Source of the DNA: an uncultured Acidobacteriota bacterium
GTDB taxonomy: Bacteria > Acidobacteriota > Thermoanaerobaculia > UBA5066 > Gp7-AA6
Length of the DNA stretch: 64,000 nt
Direction: 5' to 3'
Assembly (NCBI GenBank): GCA_963764715.1
Contig: CAVXTP010000014.1
Coordinates: 181,378-245,377 of the forward strand
The position numbers were made by a program, and so were the translations under genes. Numbering within the stretch: position 1 is the first letter of the stretch; each line of letters starts with the position of its first letter. Below are positions 19,083 to 28,550 of this stretch, one piece after another. The notes under the pieces are model-generated. The model was not told where the DNA came from, searched no databases, and saw nothing but the letters and a program-made list of their open reading frames with translations.

Positions 19083-19600
19083 ACGCGGGCCGGCTCGAGC
19101 GATTCCTCTCGGAGCTCGCGAAGGCCGCCCGATCGGACGTCCGCGTCTATCTGACCGGCGGGGCGAGCGCGGTTCTGCAGGGCTGGCGTTCCTCGACGCT
19201 CGACGTCGACCTGAAGTTCGTCCCGGACAGCGATGCATTGCTCCAGGCGATCCCGGCGCTGAAGGACTCGCTCGAGATCAACGTCGAGCTCGCCGCACCG
19301 GACCAGTTCATCCCCGAAGTGCCCGGCTGGCAGAAGCGCAGCCCGCTCATCCGCCGCGAGGGGCGGGTCTCGTTCCACCATTACGACTTCCTCTCCCAGG
19401 CGCTCGCCAAGCTCGAGCGCGGGCACACGCAGGACCTCGCGGACATCGCCGAGATGACGCGGCGCGGACTGATCGAGCCCGCCGAGCTCCTACGCCGCTT
19501 CGAGGAGATCGTGCCGGGACTGCCGCGGTACCCCGCCGTCGATCCCGCGTCGTTCCGCCGGGCGGTCGAGCAGTTCGTCCGCGAAGCCTCCAGGATGTGA
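19067..19600 (+). CDS. DUF6036-like nucleotidyltransferase (Pol-beta superfamily)
   Basis: VYLTGGASA..R.STLDVDL motif and ALAKLERGHTQDLAD tail. Confidence 0.8.
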   Translation: MRRPVDAGRLERFLSELAKAARSDVRVYLTGGASAVLQGWRSSTLDVDLKFVPDSDALLQAIPALKDSLEINVELAAPDQFIPEVPGWQKRSPLIRREGRVSFHHYDFLSQALAKLERGHTQDLADIAEMTRRGLIEPAELLRRFEEIVPGLPRYPAVDPASFRRAVEQFVREASRM

Positions 19601-19617
19601 TTCGGCCGTCGCGAGCG

Positions 19618-21939
19618 CTACGGGGCGGGGACCGCGGCCGCCTCGGCCGAGCCGGCGGCCACCGCCTTCTCGAACAGCGCAGCGGCCTCGGACGGCCGCC
19701 CGACGGCGGCGGCCGCGCGCGACAGCTCCAGGAGCGTCGCGTCGTCGGCGCAGACCCACATGAAAGAGAAGTCGTATCCCTCGCGCCGTGTGAAGAGGTC
19801 GAGCGCCTCGACAAACCGCTTCTCCCCGTCCAGCCGCGCCAGGCCCGCGAGAGCCTGCACGAGCAGGTGCCCGCCGCCGAGCGCGCGGGGACGCCCGCGC
19901 AGGTGCGCCACGGCCTGCGTGAAGGCGGCATGCGCCGCATCCCGGTCTCCCTGCTCGAGCGCGATCCGGCCCAGGGCGCAGAGACTCACGCCCCGGAACG
20001 TGTCTCGATACATGTTGTCCGAACGCTCGACCGCGTCGAGCCCGCGGAGGCACGCCGCGCGGGCGGCGTCGAGCTCGCCGCTGCGCCGCAGACACTCCCC
20101 GAGATAGCCCGCGACGCCGGAAGTGGGACCGATCGCGGTTTCGCCCTCCAGCGCGAGCCCTTTTTCGAGGCACCAGCGGGCTTCCGCGCGGTGGCCGAGG
20201 TCCAGGTGCGTCCAGCCGAGCGCCAGCCACGCGAAGGCGTGGTGAGGGTCGATCTCGACGGCCCGCTGAAACAGCGACAGGGCGTCGTCCCGCCGGCCGA
20301 GCAGCGACGCGCAGAGGGCGCCGAAGTAGGGCGCGAAGACGCCCGTGGGGTCGAGCTCCATGGCTCGCTCCTCCTGAGCGAAGGCCTCCTCGTGCCGCCC
20401 GAGCCGCGAAAGCGCATAGCCCAGCCAGATGTGGGGTTCGGCCAGCTCCGGATCGGCGGCGATGGCGCGGCGCGCATAGCTCTCGGAAAGCTCGAGCTCC
20501 CGGGGGTCGGTTTGGAATGGAAACCGCATGGCGTGTACGGCCGCGAGCCCGGCGAGCGCCGGAGCGTAGGCCGGGTCCGCGCCGACCGCCTCCTCGAACA
20601 GGATCCGCGCCTGATCGAGCGTGCCCTTCTCGAGCCGGTGGAAGAAGCGGCGGGCGCGCGCGTGCCGCTCGAAGACGTCGATGCGCGGAGCGACGCGGAC
20701 CGCAGGCGCGGAGCCTCCGGGGCGGAGCCGCTCCGCCGCGGCCGCCGAGACCCGGTCCTGCATGGCGAACATCTCGTCGAGGTCGCCGTCGATCTTCTCG
20801 GAGGCCACGGTCTCGCCCGTCATGCCGTCGGCGAGCTGCGAGGTCACGCGCAGGCGCCGGCCCGCGCGCTGGTACCCGCCCGACAGCACCCACCGGCAGC
20901 CGAGAGTCCGCCCGAGCGCGGCGCCCGACCCGTCGCCTCCGGCGAGAGCCGCGCGCACCTTCTCGCGCGCGACGAGCGAGACGCCCGGAAGCCGTGCGAG
21001 GTCGGCGGCGAGGCTCTCGGCAAAACCGCTTCCGATCCAGTCGTCGTCGGGATCGCGCGAGAGGTTCCGGAAGTCGACGATCGCGAGCGTGTCCGGAAGC
21101 GAGGCGACGAGCTCCCCGGAACCGAGCGCTCGCAGCTCCGTGAGAAAGGCCGCGGCCGAGGCGTACCGCCGTTCGGGGTCGCGGGCCAGGGCTCGCGCCA
21201 GAACGACCCGGGTCTCCGGTGGAACCCCCGAGACCGTGAGCGGAGCGACGTCGGCGGCGAGGATGGATGCGATCCGGTCGGCGGCCGTCTCCCCGGGGAA
21301 CGCCGGCTGCCCTTCGATCGCCTCGTAGAGGACGGCGCCGAGCGAGAACAGGTCCGACCGCTCGTCGAGCGGCTGGCCTCGGAGCTGCTCGGGCGACATG
21401 TACCCGAGCGTTCCAATGACGCTGCCCGGGGCGGTCAGCGCGACCTGGGTCGCGTCCTCGCTCGCGGGCGCGCCGCCCTGCACCACCGCGATGCCGAAGT
21501 CTAGGAGCTTGCCCAGGTTGTCTCCGGTCACCATGATGTTCTCGGGCTTGATGTCCCGGTGGATGACGCCGGCCGCGTGCGCGTGAACGAGCGCCTCGAG
21601 GAGCGAGGCGGTCAGCGAGAGGGCCTGCGGGAACGGCAGCGGCCCGCTCCGCAGCCGGTCGCGCAACGTCTCGCCCGAAACGAACTCCATGGCGAGGAAG
21701 GCCACGCCGTCCGACTCGCCCGCCTCGAAGAAGGTCGCGATCGCCGGATGCTGGAGCCGGGCGCTCGCCTCGGCCTCGCGAACGAGTCGGGCGCGAGCGT
21801 CGACGGAGAGCGTCGACGCGAGCACCTTGATCGCCGCCATCCGGCCGAGAGCGAGATCGCGGGCGAGGAAGACCTCGCCCATGCCTCCCGCGCCCAGGCG
21901 CTTCTCGACGCGATAGTGAGAGAGGGTGCGACCGATCAA
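19618..21939 (-). CDS. Ser/Thr protein kinase with TolB-N-like domain and TPR repeats
   Basis: LGAGGMGEV, AIK, HRDIKPEN, DFG, YMSPE; LAIVDFRNLS domain; TPR tail; TTG start. Confidence 0.92.
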   Translation of the reverse strand: MIGRTLSHYRVEKRLGAGGMGEVFLARDLALGRMAAIKVLASTLSVDARARLVREAEASARLQHPAIATFFEAGESDGVAFLAMEFVSGETLRDRLRSGPLPFPQALSLTASLLEALVHAHAAGVIHRDIKPENIMVTGDNLGKLLDFGIAVVQGGAPASEDATQVALTAPGSVIGTLGYMSPEQLRGQPLDERSDLFSLGAVLYEAIEGQPAFPGETAADRIASILAADVAPLTVSGVPPETRVVLARALARDPERRYASAAAFLTELRALGSGELVASLPDTLAIVDFRNLSRDPDDDWIGSGFAESLAADLARLPGVSLVAREKVRAALAGGDGSGAALGRTLGCRWVLSGGYQRAGRRLRVTSQLADGMTGETVASEKIDGDLDEMFAMQDRVSAAAAERLRPGGSAPAVRVAPRIDVFERHARARRFFHRLEKGTLDQARILFEEAVGADPAYAPALAGLAAVHAMRFPFQTDPRELELSESYARRAIAADPELAEPHIWLGYALSRLGRHEEAFAQEERAMELDPTGVFAPYFGALCASLLGRRDDALSLFQRAVEIDPHHAFAWLALGWTHLDLGHRAEARWCLEKGLALEGETAIGPTSGVAGYLGECLRRSGELDAARAACLRGLDAVERSDNMYRDTFRGVSLCALGRIALEQGDRDAAHAAFTQAVAHLRGRPRALGGGHLLVQALAGLARLDGEKRFVEALDLFTRREGYDFSFMWVCADDATLLELSRAAAAVGRPSEAAALFEKAVAAGSAEAAAVPAP

Positions 21940-21992
21940 GCGTCCCCTCCGCGGGCGATTATCTCCTCGCCGCGGGCATACAATCCCCGCAC

Positions 21993-24548
21993 TTGACGCT
22001 CGCAGCCGGATCCCGCCTCGGCCCCTACGAGATCGTCGCGCCGATCGGCGCGGGCGGCATGGGCGAGGTCTATCGGGCGAAGGACGCCAAGCTCGGGCGC
22101 GAGATCGCGGTGAAGGTCCTGCCCTCGGCGACGGCCTCCGATCCCGACCGCCGGCAGCGCTTCGAGATGGAGGCCCGCTCCGCCTCCGCCCTGAACCACC
22201 CCAACATCCTCACGATCTACGACATCGGCGAGGCCGACGGGACCGTCTACATCGCCATGGAGCTCGTCGAGGGCAAGACTCTCCGCGAGCTCGTCGCCTC
22301 CGGCGAGCCCGTGCCGACGAAGAAGCTCCTCGACGTCGCCGTCCAGACCGCGGAGGGCCTCGCCAAGGCGCACTCGGCCGGCATCGTGCACCGGGACCTC
22401 AAGCCCGAGAACATCATGATCTCGAAGGACGGCTTCGCGAAGATCCTCGACTTCGGCCTCGCGAAGCTGACCGAAGCGCCTTCGCAGGACGAGTCCGTCG
22501 TGCCGACGGCGATCGCCGCCCCGACGGAGCCCGGGACCGTCATGGGCACCGCGGGCTACATGTCCCCCGAGCAGGCGAGCGGCCAGCCGGTCGACTTCCA
22601 CTCCGACCAGTTCACGCTGGGCGCGATCCTCTACGAGATGGCGACGGGCAAGAAGGCCTTCCAGAGGAAGACCGGCGCCGAGACGCTCGTCGCGATCATC
22701 CGCGAGGAGCCCGAGCCGCTCTCGCAGCTCGCGCCGAAGGCCCCGGCCCCCGTGCGCTGGATCGTCGAGCGCCTGCTCGCCAAGGACCCCGAGGAGCGAT
22801 ACGCGTCGACCAAGGACCTCGCACGCGACCTGAAGAGCGTGCGCGACCACCTGACCGAGACGTCCTTCTCCGGTGGGCTCGAGGCGGCCGAGCCCGCGAA
22901 GGCCCCGCGGCGCCGCTGGCTCGTCCCGGCGCTCCTGGCGCTCGTGCTCGGCGCGGGCCTCGGCTTCCTCCTGCGCGCGAAGCTCCCGGAGGTGGCGCCG
23001 CCCCCGGTCCGGTTTCAACGGCTGACCTTCCAGCGCGGCCGCATCCAGTCCGCGCGGTTCGCTCCGGACGGCCAGACGATCGTGTACAGCGCGGCCTGGG
23101 ACGGCGGGCCGATCGAGCTCTACTCGACCCGGTCCGACAGCGCCGAGTTCCGATCCCTCGGGCTCCCCGGCGCCGTGGTCCTTTCGATCTCCTCCGGCGG
23201 CGAAATCGCCGTCTCGCTGGGACACCGCTTTCTCATCGGCTACGAAGCGACGGGGACGCTCGCGCGCGTGCCGCTCGCCGGCGGCGCCCCGCGGGAGGTT
23301 CTCGAGGGCGTCCAGGACGCGGACTGGGCTCCCGACGGCAAGACCCTCGCCGTTTGCCGAGCCGTCGGAAGCCGCAGCCGGCTCGAGTTCCCGATCGGCA
23401 AGGTCCTGTACCAATCCGCGGGCTGGGTGGGGGGCGTGCGCGTCTCTCCGGACGGGCGCTTCCTGACTTTCGTCGACCACCCCCAGCGAGGAAACAACGA
23501 CGGTTACCTCAAGATCGTCGACGCGGGCGGCGCGGTTCGCGCGCAGGGACCGTTCATCCGGGGCTCGCTCGGCCTCGCGTGGTCGCCCCGGAGCGACGAG
23601 GTCTGGTACGGCGGAATCCAGGCGCTCTCGATCGAGGGCAAGGTCCGTCAGGTCTGGTCCTCGACGAGCGCGGCCATCCAGGACGTCGCGCGCGACGGGC
23701 GGGTTCTTTTCATCGAGCAGACGGGGCGTCGGGAGATCGTGGGGTACCCCGCGCCCGGCGCGGCAGCGCGCAACCTGACCGCCCTCAACTGGTCCTTCCC
23801 CACCGACATCACCGCCTCGGGGGACACGGTCCTCTTCTACGAGCAGCAGGTCGAACCCTCCGCCATCTACACGCGCAAGCTCGACGGGTCGCCGGCGATC
23901 CGGCTGGGCGACGGCGAGGGTTACGGGTTCTCGCCGGACGGACGGTGGGCCGTGACGGTGAAGCTTCCCGATCGGCGGCCGATCTTTCTCCTGCCGACCG
24001 GCGCCGGAGAGGTGCAGACCGTCGACATCGGCAACCTGACCTGCCAGTGGGCGACCTGGCTTCCGGACGGGAAGGGACTCGTCTTCGCGGGAAACGAGCC
24101 CGGGCACGGGGCTCGACTCTTCGTCCGGGAGCTCTCCGGGGGCAAGGCGCAACCGTTCACCCCCGAGGGCGTGACTTTCAACACGCAGGCCATCTCCCCC
24201 GACGGGCGGTCGATCGCGGCTCGCGGCCCCGACGGCCGGTACGCGATCTACCCGCTGCAGCCCGGAGAGCCACGCCCCGTGCCGGGCATGTCGCCGGACG
24301 AGATCGCGATCCGCTGGACCGCCGACGGTCGGTCGCTCTTCGTGGCGCGCAACGGGGCTCCCCCGGGAATCATCGAGGTCCTGGACGTCGCGACCGGGCG
24401 ACGGACGCCCTGGAAGCGCTTCGAGCCTCCCGATCCGACCGGGGTCGAGCAGGTCGGTCCCGCCGTGATCACGCGGGACGAAAAAGCGTACGTCTACTCA
24501 TACCGCCGGAACCTGGGCGACCTGTATCTGGCGACGGGAATGCACTGA
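21993..24548 (+). CDS. Membrane Ser/Thr protein kinase with C-terminal TolB/PD40-like beta-propeller
   Basis: IGAGGMGEV, HRDLKPEN, DFG, YMSPE; TM segment (WLVPALLALVLGAGLGFLL); repeated SPDG/APDG blades; TTG start. Confidence 0.92.
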   Translation: MTLAAGSRLGPYEIVAPIGAGGMGEVYRAKDAKLGREIAVKVLPSATASDPDRRQRFEMEARSASALNHPNILTIYDIGEADGTVYIAMELVEGKTLRELVASGEPVPTKKLLDVAVQTAEGLAKAHSAGIVHRDLKPENIMISKDGFAKILDFGLAKLTEAPSQDESVVPTAIAAPTEPGTVMGTAGYMSPEQASGQPVDFHSDQFTLGAILYEMATGKKAFQRKTGAETLVAIIREEPEPLSQLAPKAPAPVRWIVERLLAKDPEERYASTKDLARDLKSVRDHLTETSFSGGLEAAEPAKAPRRRWLVPALLALVLGAGLGFLLRAKLPEVAPPPVRFQRLTFQRGRIQSARFAPDGQTIVYSAAWDGGPIELYSTRSDSAEFRSLGLPGAVVLSISSGGEIAVSLGHRFLIGYEATGTLARVPLAGGAPREVLEGVQDADWAPDGKTLAVCRAVGSRSRLEFPIGKVLYQSAGWVGGVRVSPDGRFLTFVDHPQRGNNDGYLKIVDAGGAVRAQGPFIRGSLGLAWSPRSDEVWYGGIQALSIEGKVRQVWSSTSAAIQDVARDGRVLFIEQTGRREIVGYPAPGAAARNLTALNWSFPTDITASGDTVLFYEQQVEPSAIYTRKLDGSPAIRLGDGEGYGFSPDGRWAVTVKLPDRRPIFLLPTGAGEVQTVDIGNLTCQWATWLPDGKGLVFAGNEPGHGARLFVRELSGGKAQPFTPEGVTFNTQAISPDGRSIAARGPDGRYAIYPLQPGEPRPVPGMSPDEIAIRWTADGRSLFVARNGAPPGIIEVLDVATGRRTPWKRFEPPDPTGVEQVGPAVITRDEKAYVYSYRRNLGDLYLATGMH

Positions 24549-24745
24549 CCGTCGCCTCCGCTTGCGCCGGGGTCTACGCCCTTCGGGCGCACCGGCTTGC
24601 GGCTCGCCTGTGGGCTCGACCGCACGCCTGACCCCGGCGGCGCGCTCCGGCTCCCGCGGCGCGGACCTCCTCCCTCGCTCCGCTCGGGAGACTATCCGCG
24701 CCGCGAACTGCAGGGAGAGTGCCTCTTTTGACGCCCGACGGAGGC
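24549..24745. repeat. Multi-stem palindromic intergenic element between convergent genes
   Basis: Nested inverted repeats at 24554-60/24739-45, 24565-74/24630-39, 24655-65/24695-705 and 24670-74/24686-90, plus hairpin CGCCCTTCGGGCG. Confidence 0.6.
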
Positions 24746-24751
24746 TCGAGC

Positions 24752-25903
24752 TCAACTCAGGCGCCTGACGCCATCTCTGGCCGCGTGGATGTAGACCGGT
24801 TTGGGATTCAGCGCGTATTCGCGGAAGCAGGCATCCGTGAACTTGATGGCGTGCTCGTCGTTCGTCGCGATCGCGCGGTCCGCGAGGTCGTCGCGCGAGG
24901 GCAGCGCGCCCTCGGAAAAGCGCGGCGTCGTCTTGAAGCCGTTCGAGGAAGCGAACGACGCGCAGGCCTGCCAGGTGTACCGGAGCAGGCGCGCGCGCTC
25001 CTCGGCCGAGACATAAGGAAGAAGCGTTCGCACGGCCGCGGGCCCGGTGACGCCGTGGAGGAACGTGATGACGCTTCCCGGCGGAACGCTCGCGAGGTAG
25101 ACGGACGCGAACGTCGCAGTCAGGTCCGAGAGGAAGGCGCCCGGATCGCCCGAAGGGTCGACGGCGTCCGCCACGGAAGCGAAGGGGGGAAACCCGTCGA
25201 GCGGTGCGAGGCGTTCGGTGATGTTGCCGGTCGAGACGCGGCGGCCGGCCGGAAGCTCGGGAACGCTTGCGATCGCGTCGGAGGGCCGCCGTCCGCGGAC
25301 CGGCCGCGCGGGCGGCGCGGCTTCGGGCAGGGCGTTGTACGTGGCCGCCCAGTAGCCGAGGCCCTCGGCGAGCTCGCGCACCCGGGCCGGCGTCTCGACC
25401 GCCTCGAGGCTCCGCACGGCGTGGGCCGTCCGGATCGCTCCGTGAAACGCCGCGGCGACGACGCCCGGCGACAGCCGCACCGTCCACTCCGAGAGCACCG
25501 TCTTCCAGGGGCGCTCCGCGAGCTCGCGGCGGAAGAACACGATCCAGTCGCCCACGCGGCCCTGGACGCCGAGGGCCTCGCGCCAATCCTTCGGGTCGAC
25601 GGGGTTCGGGCCCCCCGGGTGCGGATTCAGCCGCCGGCGGTACATCTCGACCCACGGCACCACCGCGTCGGGACGTTGCAGCGCGACGAGGGCCTCGGCG
25701 GCCATCGGTCCGTGGTTGGCGAGTCCGCCGTGGTACTCGGGCCCCGTCGGCGCCAAAAGACTCAGGGCCGCTTCGATCGCCTCGGAGGATTTCATGGCGT
25801 TGTCCCTCGATGCCGCGGGCCGCGCGAGGATTCCCGGGGCCACGCACGTGGCGGAGGCGGCGGTGGCCGCGTGACGGAGGAAGCGGCGGCGCGAGTGGGC
25901 CAT
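24752..25903 (-). CDS. Questin oxidase-like (DUF4243) protein with Tat signal
   Basis: SRRRFL twin-arginine motif; GLANHGPMAAEAL, AFHGAIR, LHGVTG, DEHAIKF. Confidence 0.8.
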   Translation of the reverse strand: MAHSRRRFLRHAATAASATCVAPGILARPAASRDNAMKSSEAIEAALSLLAPTGPEYHGGLANHGPMAAEALVALQRPDAVVPWVEMYRRRLNPHPGGPNPVDPKDWREALGVQGRVGDWIVFFRRELAERPWKTVLSEWTVRLSPGVVAAAFHGAIRTAHAVRSLEAVETPARVRELAEGLGYWAATYNALPEAAPPARPVRGRRPSDAIASVPELPAGRRVSTGNITERLAPLDGFPPFASVADAVDPSGDPGAFLSDLTATFASVYLASVPPGSVITFLHGVTGPAAVRTLLPYVSAEERARLLRYTWQACASFASSNGFKTTPRFSEGALPSRDDLADRAIATNDEHAIKFTDACFREYALNPKPVYIHAARDGVRRLS

Positions 25904-25954
25904 GCGGTTCCCTCTCGAATCCTATCGCTTTGGTAGACTGCCCGCCGCTCTCCG

Positions 25955-27739
25955 ATGGACGCCAAGCGCCGCGAACTCCACCCCCTCGTCGCCCTCGACT
26001 ACCGCGTCCGCGTCCCGGCGATGCTCATCGTCGCGCTCGTGGTCCTGTCCTATTTCTGGGACTACCCGAAGAGCTTCTGGCTCTGGACGGCCATCGGATT
26101 CACGGGGCTCGTCTGGCCCCACCTGCTCTACTTCGCGGCCCGCGTTTCGCCGGACAGCCGGGCCGCGGAACGCCGCAACCTGCTCTTCGACTCCTTCCTG
26201 CTCGGCTGCTGGGCGGGCGGCATGAGCTTCTGCCCGCTGCCGAGCATCATGATGATCACCGCCATCATCGCGGCCTGCCTCTCGATCGGCGGCGTCCGGT
26301 TCGCCATCTGGGCGGCCGGCGCCGTCTGCGCCGGGATGGTTTTCGTCGGCTCCTTCATGGGCTTCCACGTCGACACGAGCGCCTCGATCACGACGACGAT
26401 CCTCTCGGTCCTCGGCACCTTCTCGTTCACGTCGATCTTCGGCTACTACTCCCACGTCCAGACCCGTCGCTGGCTCACGGCAAAAAAGGAGCTGGCGGCG
26501 CAGAACGAGCGCATCCAGGAGCAGTACGCCGTGACCGAGAGCGCGCTCCAGTCGGCCCTCGAAGCCAACGAGGCCGCGAAACAGGCGAGCCAGGCCAAGA
26601 GCGCTTTCCTCGCCAACATGAGCCACGAGCTCCGCACCCCGCTCAACGCGATTCTCGGATACAGCGAGATGCTCGCCGAGGACGCCGAGGCCTCGGGAAA
26701 CGCCGACCTCGTGTCGGACCTCAAGAAGATCCTGACGGCCGGCCGGCACCTGCTCGGCCTCATCAACGACGTTCTCGACCTGTCCAAGATCGAGGCCGGG
26801 AAGATGCGCCTCTACCTTGAGACGTTCGAGGTGTCGGGCGTCGTCCAGGAGGCGATCGAGACCGCGCGGCCGCTCATCGAGAAGAAGCGCAACCGGCTCG
26901 AGGTCCGGTGCCCCGAGGGCCTCGGGAGCATTCGCGAGGACGCGACGAAGGTCCGCCAGGTGCTCCTGAACCTCCTCTCGAACGCCGGGAAGTTCACCGA
27001 GGGGGGCCTCGTCACGCTCGACGTGCGCCGCGAAGTCGGCCCCGCCGGCAACTGGGTCTTCTTCCGGGTCTCCGACACGGGCATCGGGATGACGCCGGCG
27101 GAGACGGCGAAGCTCTTCGAGGCCTTCGTCCAGGCGGACGCCGGGACCTCCAAGAAATTCGGCGGCACCGGCCTCGGCCTCGCGATCACGCGCAAGCTAT
27201 GCCGGCTGATGGGCGGCGACATCGCGGTCGAGAGCGCACCGGGCCGGGGCAGCACGTTCACGGTGCGCCTGCCGGGCGAGATCGAGAACTTCGACGGCGA
27301 CGCGACGTCGGTACGGATCTCGACGCTCGCGGGCGTCAGGCTGCCGCCGGCCGGCCCGGCCGCGCAACGGCCGCGCCCGCTCGTCCTCGTGATCGACTCC
27401 GACCCGGCCGTCGGCGAGCTCATGGGGAGGCTCGCCGTCCGGGAGGGGTTCGACGTCGCGGTCTCCACGACCGGGGCCGAGGGCCGGCGGCTCGCGTCCG
27501 AGAAGCGGCCCGAGCTCATCACCCTCGACGTGGAGCTGCCCGACACCGACGGCTGGAAGATCCTCGAGGACCTGCGCGCCGACGCCGACCTTCGCCGGAC
27601 GCCCGTCGTCGTCGTCACCGTCGTCGACGACCGCAGCCGGGGACTCTCCCTCGGCGCCACCGACTACTTCGTCAAGCCGATCGACCTTGAACGGATGGCC
27701 GCCGTCCTGGCGCGCCGCCGGCCCGGGGCGGCGGCGTAG
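25955..27739 (+). CDS. Hybrid histidine kinase: MASE2-like membrane sensor, HisKA, HATPase, receiver
   Basis: [21 protein letters not shown]...M.F.PLPS resembles MASE2; [14 protein letters not shown]; N, G1, F and G2 boxes; receiver (LITLDV..DG..KP). Confidence 0.9.
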   Translation: MDAKRRELHPLVALDYRVRVPAMLIVALVVLSYFWDYPKSFWLWTAIGFTGLVWPHLLYFAARVSPDSRAAERRNLLFDSFLLGCWAGGMSFCPLPSIMMITAIIAACLSIGGVRFAIWAAGAVCAGMVFVGSFMGFHVDTSASITTTILSVLGTFSFTSIFGYYSHVQTRRWLTAKKELAAQNERIQEQYAVTESALQSALEANEAAKQASQAKSAFLANMSHELRTPLNAILGYSEMLAEDAEASGNADLVSDLKKILTAGRHLLGLINDVLDLSKIEAGKMRLYLETFEVSGVVQEAIETARPLIEKKRNRLEVRCPEGLGSIREDATKVRQVLLNLLSNAGKFTEGGLVTLDVRREVGPAGNWVFFRVSDTGIGMTPAETAKLFEAFVQADAGTSKKFGGTGLGLAITRKLCRLMGGDIAVESAPGRGSTFTVRLPGEIENFDGDATSVRISTLAGVRLPPAGPAAQRPRPLVLVIDSDPAVGELMGRLAVREGFDVAVSTTGAEGRRLASEKRPELITLDVELPDTDGWKILEDLRADADLRRTPVVVVTVVDDRSRGLSLGATDYFVKPIDLERMAAVLARRRPGAAA

Positions 27740-27748
27740 GAGGTTCCC

Positions 27749-28126
27749 CTGGCGCGCATCCTCATCGTCGAAGACAACGAACTCTCCCGCGACATGCTCT
27801 CGCGTCGCCTCGAGAAGCGCGGCTACGAGGTCGCCATCGCCGGCGACGGCGAAGAGGGCGTCGCGAAGGCGGCGGCCGAGGGACCCGACCTGATCCTCAT
27901 GGATCTCGCGCTGCCCGTTCTCGACGGCTGGGAGGCGACGAAGCGGATCAAGGCCGGACGGGGCACGGCGGGCATTCCGGTCATCGGGCTCTCCGCGCAC
28001 GCGATGGCCGAGGACGAGGCCCGGGCGCGCGGCGCCGGCTGCGACGACTTCGACACCAAGCCCGTCGAGCTTCCGCGCCTGCTCGGGAAGATCGAGGCGC
28101 TCCTGCGGCGCGCGCCCCGTCCCTGA
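27749..28126 (+). CDS. Single-domain response regulator (DivK-like); probable CTG start
   Basis: ARILIVEDN, DLILMDL, LSAHAM, TKP; AGGAGG SD 5 nt before the CTG; the ATG at 27794 would remove the first beta strand and acidic pocket. Confidence 0.88.
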   Translation: MARILIVEDNELSRDMLSRRLEKRGYEVAIAGDGEEGVAKAAAEGPDLILMDLALPVLDGWEATKRIKAGRGTAGIPVIGLSAHAMAEDEARARGAGCDDFDTKPVELPRLLGKIEALLRRAPRP

Positions 28127-28130
28127 AGGC

Positions 28131-28550
28131 ATGCGCACCGAAACCTCGGTCGCGGCCCGCCTCGAAAGCCTCGAAACGGTGCGCGCGTTCGTCGAGGAAG
28201 CCTGCCGGCGGGCCGGCGCCGACGCCGCCGCCTGCTTCGACCTGAAGCTCGCCGTCGACGAGGCCTGCACCAACATCATCGAGCACGGCTACGCGGGCCA
28301 GCCCGGCGAAACGATCGCCCTCGCCTGCGAGATCGACGGCGACGGCGTGCGCGTCACGATCGTCGACCGCGGACGCTCCTTCCGGCCGTCGGAGCTCCCG
28401 CCGCCCGACCTCTCGGCCGACTGGGAAGAGCGGCGCATCGGGGGGCTCGGCTGGCACTTCATCCGGAAGTCCGTGGACGAGATAGATTACGGGCCGGACC
28501 CGTCCGGAGGGAACCGGCTGACCCTGGTCAAGAGGAGCCACCGCCCATGA
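28131..28550 (+). CDS. Anti-sigma factor-type Ser/Thr kinase (RsbW/SpoIIAB-like)
   Basis: LAVDEACTNIIEHGY, DRG..F, GGLG..I..VD, GN.LTL.K. Confidence 0.9.
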   Translation: MRTETSVAARLESLETVRAFVEEACRRAGADAAACFDLKLAVDEACTNIIEHGYAGQPGETIALACEIDGDGVRVTIVDRGRSFRPSELPPPDLSADWEERRIGGLGWHFIRKSVDEIDYGPDPSGGNRLTLVKRSHRP

